From the NCBI GenBank assembly GCA_018609045.1, contig JABAYK010000009.1:57006-121005 (forward strand): 64,000 nucleotides of DNA, written 5' to 3'. Made by a program: the position numbers and the translations under genes. Positions 17,999 through 26,678 of the stretch are shown in pieces. The DNA is from Flavobacteriales bacterium. Its GTDB lineage: Bacteria; Bacteroidota; Bacteroidia; Flavobacteriales_G; Salibacteraceae. The stretch's first letter is position 1. Each line of letters begins with the position of its first letter. A model generated the notes under the pieces. That model was not told the DNA's origin and ran no database searches. It saw only the letters and a list, made by a program, of their open reading frames with translations.

Positions 17999-20697
17999 TT
18001 TTTAGAAGACTCCTAATTATTATACTCATCTTTAGTGGGTTAAATGCAAATGGACAACTAAAATTATCTCAAGATAATTTAACAGATCCCGCAAATCCAA
18101 AAGATTACTCTGTTGGAGGAATAAAAGTTGAAGGATCGAATGTTTTAGACCCAAATGCCTTAGTGTTACTAAGTGGTTTAACAGTTGGCAAAACAATTAC
18201 AGTTCCCGGTGATGCAATCCCAAAAGCAATACAAAACCTGTGGGATCAAGGTTTATTCTCTGACATAAGTATTGAAGCGGAAAAAATTCAGGGTGAAAAT
18301 ATCTTTCTCATTATTAAAATTACAGAAAGACCAAGACTTTCACGGTTTAAATTCGAAGGACTTAAAAAAACTGAAGTTGATGATGTAAGAGAAGAAATCA
18401 AACTATATCGCGAAAAAATTGTAACCGACAACCTTTTAGTTTCTACTAAAAATACAATTACAAAGCTTTTTGTTGAAAAAGGATTTTTAAACTGTACAGT
18501 CGATTTACTTTTAGAAGATGATTCACTTAACAGTAATCATGTGGTTTTAACAATTAAAGTTGATAAAAATCAAAAAGTTAAAATACAAGAAATCATAATT
18601 GAAGGCAACGAGGAGTTCTCAAAAGCGAAGATTAAAAAGTCGATGAAGGAAACCAAACAAAAGTCTGTTTTTAAGCCTTTGGTTGATTTTGATGGAATGC
18701 TATTATCTTCATTTAAAGCTTTTTACAAAGAAGGAAGAAAAGAAGGGTTCACAAAAATTGGTGAATATTTCGGAGAAAATGTAAGTGTTAGAATATTTAA
18801 AACCTCAAAATATTTAAACAGTAATTTCACAGCTGATAAAGCAACTGTTATAGAAAAGTACAATAAAAAAGGCTATAGGGATGCCAAATTTGAAAAAGAC
18901 TCGGTTTACAAAAGTGGCGAGGATGAAGTTTCTATTTACATGAAAGTAAAAGAAGGCCATCAGTACTATTTTGGAGATATTAATTGGGTTGGAAATAAAA
19001 AATATGCTTCCAAAATTTTATCAAATACGCTTGGAATAAAAAAAGGTGAAATTTATGACCCCGAGAAATTAGACGCTCGGCTCTCTATGGATCCTAATAG
19101 CAAAGACATTTCGTCTTTGTACATGGATGATGGCTACTTATTTTTCCAAGTAAATCCAGTTGAAACAAGCGTACGAAATGATACAATAGATCTTGAAATT
19201 CAAATTTATGAAGGCCAACAAGCAAGAATAAATGAAATTACCGTTGGTGGAAATACAAAAACAAATGACCACGTTGTAATAAGGGAATTGAGAACTTATC
19301 CTGGTACACTTTTCAGCCGAAGTGATATTATTCGTTCACAAAGAGAATTATCTGTTTTAGGTTATTTTGATGCAGAGCAAATTGCCATAAACCCTAAACC
19401 AAATCAAGAAGATGGAACTGTAGATATTGAATATGATGTAGTTGAATCACCTTCAGACCAAATAGAATTATCTGGTGGTTTTGGTGCTGGAAGAATTGTA
19501 GGAACTTTAGGTGTAAGTTTTAATAACTTTTCTACCCGAAACTTCTTTAAAAAAGGTGCTTGGAGACCTGTTCCATCTGGCGATGGCCAAAGGCTATCTA
19601 TTAGAGCACAAAGTAATGGGTTCTTTTTCCAATCCTATAATTTAAGTTTTACCGAACCTTGGCTAGGTGGGAAAAAACCAAATTCATTTTCTTTAACTGC
19701 ATATTATTCTGCCCAATCAACTGCTCGTAAGTTTTTACAAGACTCAACAGGTGCAGATGGCAAAAGAGTTTTAAACCCAAATAGAGCTTATGTAAACATT
19801 ACAGGTTTATCTGTAGGATTAGGAAAAAGATTAAAGTGGCCTGATGATTACTTTACAATTCAATATGAATTAAGTTACCAGAAATATGATTTAAAAGATT
19901 GGAACCAATTTATTTTTACCACCGGGGTAGCCAACAACTTATTTTTCAGAACAACTTTATCAAGAAGCTCTATAGACCAAGCTATTTATCCTAGAATGGG
20001 ATCTCAGTTTAAAGTTTCGGGGCAAACCACGTTTCCATACTCATGGGTAAATGGTAAAAATTATAATAACCTTGAGCAACAAGTAATAAATGAAGCCGAG
20101 GCTAAAGATGAAATTTTAACAAACCAAGAAGTATTTAACAGAACCCAACAAGAAAGATACAGGTGGGTAGAATATTACAAATGGAAATTTACCTCTTCTA
20201 CTTTTACAACGCTTGCCGGTAACTTAGTTTTAAACACCAAAGTTGGTTTTGGATTTTTAGGACAATGGAATAAATCTGTTGGCCCAGCTCCTATTGAAAG
20301 GTTTTATTTAGGAGGTAGTGGACTTACCGGATTTGCTTTAGATGGTAGAGAAATTATTGCATTAAGAGGCTATAACGACCAATCTGTTTCTCCTTTTAAT
20401 GGAGGTACAATAATTTCAAAATATACAGCTGAATTAAGGTATCCATTTACCCTAAATCCTTCTGCTACAATTTATGGTTTAGTGTTTGCAGAAGCAGGTG
20501 ACGCTTGGAGTTCTTTTAATTCTTATAACCCATTTGATGTGAAAAAATCTGCTGGTTTTGGTATTAGAGTATTTTTACCCATGTTTGGTTTACTTGGTTT
20601 AGATTGGGGGCACAGGTTTGATGACATCCCAGGACAACCTGGAATGCCAAAATCACAAGTTCATTTTACCATAGGAGCTAACTTAGGAGATTTATAG
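17995..20697 (+). CDS. bamA: outer membrane protein assembly factor BamA
   Basis: 900 aa with a signal peptide. POTRA-like repeats (e.g. I..I.IEGN) and a C-terminal Omp85/surface-antigen barrel (RFYLGGSGLTGFALDGREIIALRGY...GFGIRVFLPMFGLLGLDWG). Confidence 0.9.
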   Translation: MIFRRLLIIILIFSGLNANGQLKLSQDNLTDPANPKDYSVGGIKVEGSNVLDPNALVLLSGLTVGKTITVPGDAIPKAIQNLWDQGLFSDISIEAEKIQGENIFLIIKITERPRLSRFKFEGLKKTEVDDVREEIKLYREKIVTDNLLVSTKNTITKLFVEKGFLNCTVDLLLEDDSLNSNHVVLTIKVDKNQKVKIQEIIIEGNEEFSKAKIKKSMKETKQKSVFKPLVDFDGMLLSSFKAFYKEGRKEGFTKIGEYFGENVSVRIFKTSKYLNSNFTADKATVIEKYNKKGYRDAKFEKDSVYKSGEDEVSIYMKVKEGHQYYFGDINWVGNKKYASKILSNTLGIKKGEIYDPEKLDARLSMDPNSKDISSLYMDDGYLFFQVNPVETSVRNDTIDLEIQIYEGQQARINEITVGGNTKTNDHVVIRELRTYPGTLFSRSDIIRSQRELSVLGYFDAEQIAINPKPNQEDGTVDIEYDVVESPSDQIELSGGFGAGRIVGTLGVSFNNFSTRNFFKKGAWRPVPSGDGQRLSIRAQSNGFFFQSYNLSFTEPWLGGKKPNSFSLTAYYSAQSTARKFLQDSTGADGKRVLNPNRAYVNITGLSVGLGKRLKWPDDYFTIQYELSYQKYDLKDWNQFIFTTGVANNLFFRTTLSRSSIDQAIYPRMGSQFKVSGQTTFPYSWVNGKNYNNLEQQVINEAEAKDEILTNQEVFNRTQQERYRWVEYYKWKFTSSTFTTLAGNLVLNTKVGFGFLGQWNKSVGPAPIERFYLGGSGLTGFALDGREIIALRGYNDQSVSPFNGGTIISKYTAELRYPFTLNPSATIYGLVFAEAGDAWSSFNSYNPFDVKKSAGFGIRVFLPMFGLLGLDWGHRFDDIPGQPGMPKSQVHFTIGANLGDL

Positions 20698-20698
20698 T

Positions 20699-21202
20699 AT
20701 GAAAAAAATAATTCTTTTCGTTTTCGCCCTGTTTTTCGGGGTTTCAATTTTTGGCCAAAGATTTGCTTACATCGATACAGATTTAATTCTGGAGAGTATG
20801 GAAGATTATCAAACAGCACAAGTTGAACTAGACGCACTTAGCGAGCAATGGCAAAAAACCATTGAAGCAAAATATGCTGAGCTTGAAGAATTAAGAAAGG
20901 CTTTTAAGGCAGAGCAAATTTTGTTAACTGACGAAATGAAAAAAAAGAAAGAGGAAGAAATTGCCAAAAAAGAAGAAGAAGCCAGAACTTACCAAAAACA
21001 AAAGTTTGGGTTAGAAGGTGAACTTTTTAAAAAAAGAAAAGAATTGGTTAAACCTATTCAAGACAAAGTTTTTGCAGAAATAAAAGAAATGGCTACCCGT
21101 AATAATTATGCAATAATTTTTGATGTAGCTGGTCAAAGTAACATACTTTACTCTGATCCTAAGTATGATAAAAGCGAAGAATTAATTAGAAAATTGAAAT
21201 AA
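20699..21202 (+). CDS. OmpH/Skp family periplasmic chaperone
   Basis: 167 aa with a signal peptide. Coiled-coil Lys/Glu-rich core. Canonical position after bamA. Confidence 0.8.
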   Translation: MKKIILFVFALFFGVSIFGQRFAYIDTDLILESMEDYQTAQVELDALSEQWQKTIEAKYAELEELRKAFKAEQILLTDEMKKKKEEEIAKKEEEARTYQKQKFGLEGELFKKRKELVKPIQDKVFAEIKEMATRNNYAIIFDVAGQSNILYSDPKYDKSEELIRKLK

Positions 21203-21242
21203 CTAGAATAAATATATTTTTGCCAACTTAATAATCAAAATC

Positions 21243-21755
21243 ATGAAGAAAAACATTTTTACCTTAATCCTAATAGCACTTACTTTATTTCCTGCCGCAA
21301 GTTTTGCGCAAACCAAACTAAAAATTGGCCATGTTAACTCAAACGATTTGTTAATTATGATGCCTGAGCGTAAAACAGCAGAAACCTCTTTGCAAACTTT
21401 TGCAAAATCTCTAGAAGAGCAATTAGGCAGTATGAGCAACGAGTACGAAAAGAAACTAACAGAGTATCAAACTAACGCTAAGGTAATGGCAGACCCTGTT
21501 AGAGAGGCTAAAGAAGAAGAATTAGCAGATCTTGAAAGAAGAATTAGAGATTTTCAAGTAAAAGCCCAACAATCTATTGCCAAAAAAGAAGAAGAATTAA
21601 TGGAGCCAATGATTGAAAAAGCCAATCAAGCCATTAACGATGTAGCCAAAGAAAACGGGTTTACCTATGTTTTTGATACTGCTTCAGGTTCTTTACTAGT
21701 TTTTCCTGATGGTGATGACATTTTACCTTTGGTAAAAACTAAATTAGGTTTATAA
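21243..21755 (+). CDS. OmpH/Skp family periplasmic chaperone
   Basis: 170 aa with a signal peptide (LTLFPAASFAQ). KIGHVNSNDLL start typical of the OmpH family. Second tandem copy. Confidence 0.8.
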   Translation: MKKNIFTLILIALTLFPAASFAQTKLKIGHVNSNDLLIMMPERKTAETSLQTFAKSLEEQLGSMSNEYEKKLTEYQTNAKVMADPVREAKEEELADLERRIRDFQVKAQQSIAKKEEELMEPMIEKANQAINDVAKENGFTYVFDTASGSLLVFPDGDDILPLVKTKLGL

Positions 21756-21765
21756 TTTTTGGGTT

Positions 21766-22572
21766 ATTAATAATACTAACCCTATAGGAATATTTGATTC
21801 AGGCATTGGCGGCTTAACAGTCGCCAATGCTATTTATAGACTATTGCCAAATGAAAACATAGTTTACTTTGGCGATACCGCTCACCTGCCTTATGGCGAT
21901 AAATCAGAATCTGCAGTTGCCCATTACTCCGAAAAAATTGCTGAGTTTCTGATTTCTAAAAAAGCAAAAACCATTGTTATTGCATGCAATACAGCTTCTT
22001 CATATGGATATGATGTTATCCAAAAAAAATTCGGAGATAAAATCCCAATCCTAAATGTTATTGACCCAATGGCAAGCTATGTTGTTAACCATAAAACATC
22101 ATCTAAAATTGGCGTTATTGGCACAAAAGGAACCATTAGAAGCGGCATTTACAAAACCAAAATTCAAAAACTAAATCAGAAACTTGAAGTAATTGAAAAA
22201 GCTACTCCCCTTTTAGCCTCATTGGTTGAAGAAAACTTTTACAATACCCAAATTAGTAAATTGATTTTGGCAGAATATTTAAATACTGCCGAATTAAAAG
22301 ATATTGACTCAATTGTTTTAGGCTGCACCCATTACCCCTTGTTAAAAAAAGACATTGTAGCAGTTTTGGGCGAATCGGTAAATATTTTTGATTCAAGTGA
22401 AGTTATTGCCGAAAAGTTGAGGTTAATTCTGCTAGAAAATAACCTTTTGGGAAACTCTCCAAACCCAAAACACCAATTCTTTTTATCTGATTACACATAT
22501 ACTTTCGAGCAAAATGCCCAAATGTTTTTTGGCAAAGAAATACACTTAGAAGAAGCCAACATTTGGGCTTAA
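21766..22572 (+). CDS. murI: glutamate racemase (start codon uncertain; ATT 21766 proposed)
   Basis: The conserved N-terminal motif PIGIFDSGIGGLTV is encoded at 21781-21822, upstream of the track TTG start (21844). The frame is open from 21748 with no ATG/GTG/TTG before the motif. Catalytic-Cys motifs ACNTAS and GCTHYP are present. Confidence 0.8.
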   Translation: MNNTNPIGIFDSGIGGLTVANAIYRLLPNENIVYFGDTAHLPYGDKSESAVAHYSEKIAEFLISKKAKTIVIACNTASSYGYDVIQKKFGDKIPILNVIDPMASYVVNHKTSSKIGVIGTKGTIRSGIYKTKIQKLNQKLEVIEKATPLLASLVEENFYNTQISKLILAEYLNTAELKDIDSIVLGCTHYPLLKKDIVAVLGESVNIFDSSEVIAEKLRLILLENNLLGNSPNPKHQFFLSDYTYTFEQNAQMFFGKEIHLEEANIWA

Positions 22573-22626
22573 ACAATTCCTTTTAAACTTATTAATGAAT
22601 AAACAGTTTTACTAAAAAGTAAAATT

Positions 22627-22794
22627 ATGTTTGGGTTATTCAAAAAGAAAACAGAAAAAGAAAAACTTCAAGAAAAGTATAAAAAGCTATTGAAAGAAAG
22701 TTACGACATAGCTAAGGTAAATAGAACCCAAAGTGATGCAAAAGCTGCTGAGGCCAATGAGGTTTTAAAGCAAATTGAGGGATTGGGGAAATAG
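22627..22794 (+). CDS. small Lacal_2735-family protein (55 aa; below the ORF-track length cutoff)
   Basis: ATG 22627 to TAG 22792-22794 encodes MFGLFKKKTEKEKLQEKYKKLLKESYDIAKVNRTQSDAKAAEANEVLKQIEGLGK. It matches my recollection of the conserved flavobacterial MFGLFKKK...KLQ.KY..L..E small-protein family. Confidence 0.6.
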   Translation: MFGLFKKKTEKEKLQEKYKKLLKESYDIAKVNRTQSDAKAAEANEVLKQIEGLGK

Positions 22795-22860
22795 TAGATG
22801 GAGCAAGGATAGAAGGACTAAAGACGATTGAAAATTTTTTGGTTCTTGGTTTTTAGTTTT

Positions 22861-23179
22861 TGGTTCCGTCACTCAGAGTCCCGCTCCTGCGGGACAAAGA
22901 GTCTCATTAATTATTTATCGTAATAAAAAGCTCATATGTCACATTGCTTTCCGCATACGCTGCACCACATTCTGGACAACGTTTTCAAATATGGTTCCGT
23001 CATTGCGAAAAACGAAACATAGTGGAGTTTTGAAGCAATCTTTTTTGAGTCATGCCATTTATTAAGATTGCTTCGCCCCCGAAATTTTTCGGGGCTCGCA
23101 ACGAGGTGTTTATTTTGGTTTAGCGGTTTTGTATAGTTCTCGATACTTCTTCTGCTGCGTTGCAGAAACCCGAAATGAC
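22861..23179. repeat. cluster of four REP-like short palindromic intergenic elements
   Basis: Four units at 22861-22906, 22992-23042, 23064-23105 (inverted) and 23138-23179 (inverted). Each has a GTCA(C/T)T..GAG-like end and an internal GC-rich hairpin (gtcccgc/gcgggac; gccccc gaaattttt cggggc; tctgc/gcaga). The direct repeat tggttccgtca occurs at 22861 and 22992. An 11-bp inverted repeat gaagcaatctt/aagattgcttc lies at 23032-23042 / 23064-23074. Confidence 0.5.
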
Positions 23180-23278
23180 TATATTTTTTTTAAATAAACA
23201 GGTTCCTCATCTTTTCCTTTAGTGGTTAATAAATGACTATTAGTTTATTCCATTTACAAACATAGAATGATGATTAAC

Positions 23279-24319
23279 TTAATACTTCACCACCTTATTC
23301 TTCCCACTCATCCAAATAGTATTACCTGAAGGCGAAAACCCAACAGCATAAAAACCACTATCTGAAATATGATTCCATGTTTTTCCTGAGTCTAAAGATT
23401 CTGAAATACCCGTTGGCCCAACAGCCATGAGTTTTGCTCCATTTCCATTTGGGTCAAATTTTACGCAAGACCTATAACCAGGGTATTTTTCATCAGCTAC
23501 CAAACTCCAAGTTTTACCGCCATCAGTTGTTATGGCTTTGTTTTTTGAAAAACTGTTTTTGTTGTTCCAATCTCCTCCAATAACAAAACCCAAATTTTCA
23601 TCATAAAAGTCGATTGAATAAATTCCTGTCATTTGTTCTCCTTGAATAATAGGAACTTCATAATTAGTCCAAGTCTCACCAAAATCTGCCGAATAAAAGA
23701 CCCTTGCTTTTTTACCCCCTGTGGCAATCCAACAATGCTTTTTGTAAACTGCAATATTTGAGTTACTGGCCGCGAAATTTGCCTCTCCTTCAGCAACAAC
23801 AATTGAACTATCACAAATTCTTTTTTTCCAAGTTTTCCCACCATCGGCTGTGGTAACAATACTCAAACAACCTTCGGTTTCATCGCCAACAGCAATTCCA
23901 TTTTTTTCATCCCAAAATTTTATACAGTTATAAAAAGCTTTTGGGTGAATCTCTTTGTAAACTGTATCCCATGAAATTCCAAAATCTGTACTTCGCAGAA
24001 ATATTGCTGGCGAGTTTATTGAACCTACAATTAATGCAGAATTTGTATAACCAATCGACCTAAAGTTAAAATCAACTTTTGGGTGAGTAATGGCATCAAC
24101 AAACCAACTTTTACCACCATTTTTTGTAATGCCAAAAACGCCATTTGAGCCGGCAAAACAAACCAAGGAGTCATCCTCAACTTCAAGTGCCCTTAAACTT
24201 GAACCCACTTCTAAGTTAGTTAAAGAATTATTAGGTTTTAGATTGCAACCAGAAATAATTACCGAAAAGAAAATGAGTAATCTGAAAGAAATACCCTTCA
24301 AGTTTATAAAAATTTTCAT
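23279..24319 (-). CDS. BNR/Asp-box (Ycf48-like) beta-propeller protein, lipoprotein
   Basis: 346 aa with a lipobox (VIISGC). Repeated Asp-box-like motifs: GGKSW, DFGISW, DGGKTW, DFGETW, DGGKTW, SGKTW. Confidence 0.7.
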   Translation of the reverse strand: MKIFINLKGISFRLLIFFSVIISGCNLKPNNSLTNLEVGSSLRALEVEDDSLVCFAGSNGVFGITKNGGKSWFVDAITHPKVDFNFRSIGYTNSALIVGSINSPAIFLRSTDFGISWDTVYKEIHPKAFYNCIKFWDEKNGIAVGDETEGCLSIVTTADGGKTWKKRICDSSIVVAEGEANFAASNSNIAVYKKHCWIATGGKKARVFYSADFGETWTNYEVPIIQGEQMTGIYSIDFYDENLGFVIGGDWNNKNSFSKNKAITTDGGKTWSLVADEKYPGYRSCVKFDPNGNGAKLMAVGPTGISESLDSGKTWNHISDSGFYAVGFSPSGNTIWMSGKNKVVKY

Positions 24320-24377
24320 CTATAAAAAATGGAAATTTACCACATATTAATTTCATTTTACCATTTGTAAAAAAAAA

Positions 24378-25889
24378 TTGAGCCTTACCACTTTAGGTTT
24401 AAATTTGATCTACACAACCCCTGAAATGATAGAACTTGTAAAACACTCCTGGAAAGAATTTTTCAGGTCTTCAGTTTGGCAAAAAAGCGCTTTTGTAAAC
24501 TTTTTAATGGGTTTACTCTTTTTGTATTTAGCCCTAAATTTTGCTTTTTTAGGTTATGTTGCTGGTGATATACTCCTAAAAATTTTCCCTGGCGAAAGTC
24601 CTATTACCAACCTAAACTATGGTTTACTCTATTACTTTTTAATAGATATTTTCCTGAGGTTTTACATGCAGCCAATTCCAGTTTTGAGTTTGATACCCTA
24701 CCTACACTTGCCTGTAAATAAAAAGAAAATGATTCATTTTACTTTGGTAAAATCTCTAGCCAATGTGTTTAATACCTCCATTTTTATTATGGCTATTCCG
24801 TTTGCCATTGGCTGGATTGCCAAATACGAAAGCTCTTCGGGGGCTTGGTTTTGGATTTTTGCCCTTTTTGCTTTTAATGGCATCAACAACTTTTTAAGCA
24901 TATACCTTAAGAGGGTATTAGCAGAAAAGCCACAAATTGTTTTAGGTTTTGGTGGATTAATTGCTTCATTAATAGCTTTAGATTATTTTGATATTGTAAA
25001 AATTGGGGAGTTTAGCAGATTGCTTTTTGATGGTGCAATTTACAATGCTGTTTGGCTTTTGGGGCCTTTGGCAATAATGGGTTTAACTTACCTTATTGTT
25101 TACAAATTCTACGCAAAAAACGCTTACCTCGAAAATTTTGAAGATTCAAAAAAGAAAAACATAAAATCAACCAATATTTCTTTCCTCAACAGGTTTGAGC
25201 AAATTGGTAAACTCATTGAAGTTGAACTAAAATTAATTTGGAGAAACAAAAGGTCAAAATCTGTTGCCATAGTTTCATTTCTTTTTGTGTTTTACGGCTT
25301 TATTCTTTACCCTACTGGTGGCCAAAATGCATTTAGCTTAATTCTATTCGGATTAATTATTACAGGCATGTTTATGCTTAATTATGGTCAGTTTTTAATT
25401 AGTTGGGAGAGTGGCTATTTTGATGGCCTTTTGGCCCGTAATGTTCAGTTATCCGATTATATTTCGGCAAAGTTTTACCTTTTTACTGCAAGCGTGGTAG
25501 CTGCGTTTATTTTCTCTTTAATATATGCTTACTTCGGTTGGAAAATAGTTCTGTTTAATGCTGCTGTTGCTGTTTTTAATATAGGTGTAACCTCTTGGAT
25601 AGTGCTTTACACAGCCACATTTAACCCAAAAAAAATAGATTTATCTAAAAGTAGTTTTATGAATTATCAGGGCACAGGTGCCCAACAATTCATTTTGATG
25701 ATTCCTGTTATGGGGTTACCAGTATTTCTTTATGGATTATTTTATTTAATTGTAGGTGAAACCGCCGGACTTATATCCTTATTTGTTGCGGGTGGTATTG
25801 GAATTTTACTAACCAAAACATTCAATAAATTACTTACCGAAAGATTAAGAGAGCAACGTTATAAAATCGCTTCAAATTTTAGAGAATAA
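24378..25889 (+). CDS. polytopic membrane protein (DUF5687-like), probable permease partner of the downstream ABC ATPase
   Basis: 503 aa with about 10-12 hydrophobic segments. TTG start at 24378, with an alternative ATG at 24426 (MIELVKHSWKEFF). The stop abuts the next gene's ATG (TAATG). Confidence 0.6.
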   Translation: MSLTTLGLNLIYTTPEMIELVKHSWKEFFRSSVWQKSAFVNFLMGLLFLYLALNFAFLGYVAGDILLKIFPGESPITNLNYGLLYYFLIDIFLRFYMQPIPVLSLIPYLHLPVNKKKMIHFTLVKSLANVFNTSIFIMAIPFAIGWIAKYESSSGAWFWIFALFAFNGINNFLSIYLKRVLAEKPQIVLGFGGLIASLIALDYFDIVKIGEFSRLLFDGAIYNAVWLLGPLAIMGLTYLIVYKFYAKNAYLENFEDSKKKNIKSTNISFLNRFEQIGKLIEVELKLIWRNKRSKSVAIVSFLFVFYGFILYPTGGQNAFSLILFGLIITGMFMLNYGQFLISWESGYFDGLLARNVQLSDYISAKFYLFTASVVAAFIFSLIYAYFGWKIVLFNAAVAVFNIGVTSWIVLYTATFNPKKIDLSKSSFMNYQGTGAQQFILMIPVMGLPVFLYGLFYLIVGETAGLISLFVAGGIGILLTKTFNKLLTERLREQRYKIASNFRE

Positions 25890-26584
25890 TGATATCAATA
25901 AATAATTTAACCAAGTTATATGGCGACTTTTCTGCGCTAGATATTGAAAGCCTTAACATTGAAAAAGGTGAAAGTTTTGGATTGGTAGGAAACAATGGCG
26001 CAGGTAAAACGACCATGTTTAGGTCAATGTTAGATTTAATTCAGCCTACTTCAGGCACAGCTACTTTTAAAGATGTTGTTACCTCAAACTCTGAAGCTTG
26101 GAAAAACTTTACAGGCTCTTATTTAGACGAAAGATTCTTAATCGATTTTTTAACTGCTGAAGAATATTTTCATTTCATAGGAAAATTACACAGTCTTTCT
26201 GCGCAACAAGTTGATGAATTTGTTGGTCAATTTGAAGGATTTTTTCATAATGAAATTTTAGGCAAAAGCAAATATTTACGTGATTTCTCAAAAGGAAACC
26301 AAAAGAAAATAGGCATTGTTGCGGCCTTAATTGGCGAACCTGAAATTCTAATTTTAGATGAGCCTTTTGCCAACCTCGACCCTTCTACCCAAATAAAACT
26401 AAAAGCCTTGCTTAAAAAGCTAAAAGAAGAGCGCGAAGTAACCATGCTTATTTCTTCTCACGATTTAAATCATGTAGCAGATGTTTGCGAACGTATTGTG
26501 GTTTTAGAGCACGGTAAAATTGTGCACGATATCAAAACCAACGAAAACACTTTGAAGGAATTAGAAACTTATTTTGCCGGGTAG
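25889..26584 (+). CDS. ABC transporter ATP-binding protein
   Basis: 231 aa. Walker A GNNGAGKTT, degenerate signature FSKGNQKK, Walker B ILILDEP, H-loop SSHD. Confidence 0.85.
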   Translation: MISINNLTKLYGDFSALDIESLNIEKGESFGLVGNNGAGKTTMFRSMLDLIQPTSGTATFKDVVTSNSEAWKNFTGSYLDERFLIDFLTAEEYFHFIGKLHSLSAQQVDEFVGQFEGFFHNEILGKSKYLRDFSKGNQKKIGIVAALIGEPEILILDEPFANLDPSTQIKLKALLKKLKEEREVTMLISSHDLNHVADVCERIVVLEHGKIVHDIKTNENTLKELETYFAG

Positions 26585-26630
26585 TTTTTCCTTATTAATG
26601 AACTCATTAACCTAATTTAAACCCGAAAAA

Positions 26631-26660
26631 AAGGGAAGCTTAAAGTCTTCCCTTTTTTAT
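26631..26660. terminator. bidirectional intrinsic terminator between convergent genes
   Basis: Stem aagggaag/cttccctt (26631-26638 / 26647-26654), preceded by an A-run and followed by ttttat. Confidence 0.55.
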
Positions 26661-26678
26661 TTAAATTCAGTTTAATTT

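Noticed and set aside
22861-23179. CRISPR array.
   Set aside because: The repeat units are non-identical, occur in both orientations and are irregularly spaced. There are no cas genes in the window.
24090-24350. 86-aa plus-strand ORF and other nested antisense ORFs (e.g. 251..460, 3127..3351, 3337..3534, 7841..8131, 14667..14903, 21203..21439, 39734..40003, 46186..46464, 59867..60070).
   Set aside because: All are contained within, or antisense to, longer ORFs with clear family motifs. This is the typical shadow-ORF pattern of AT-rich genomes.
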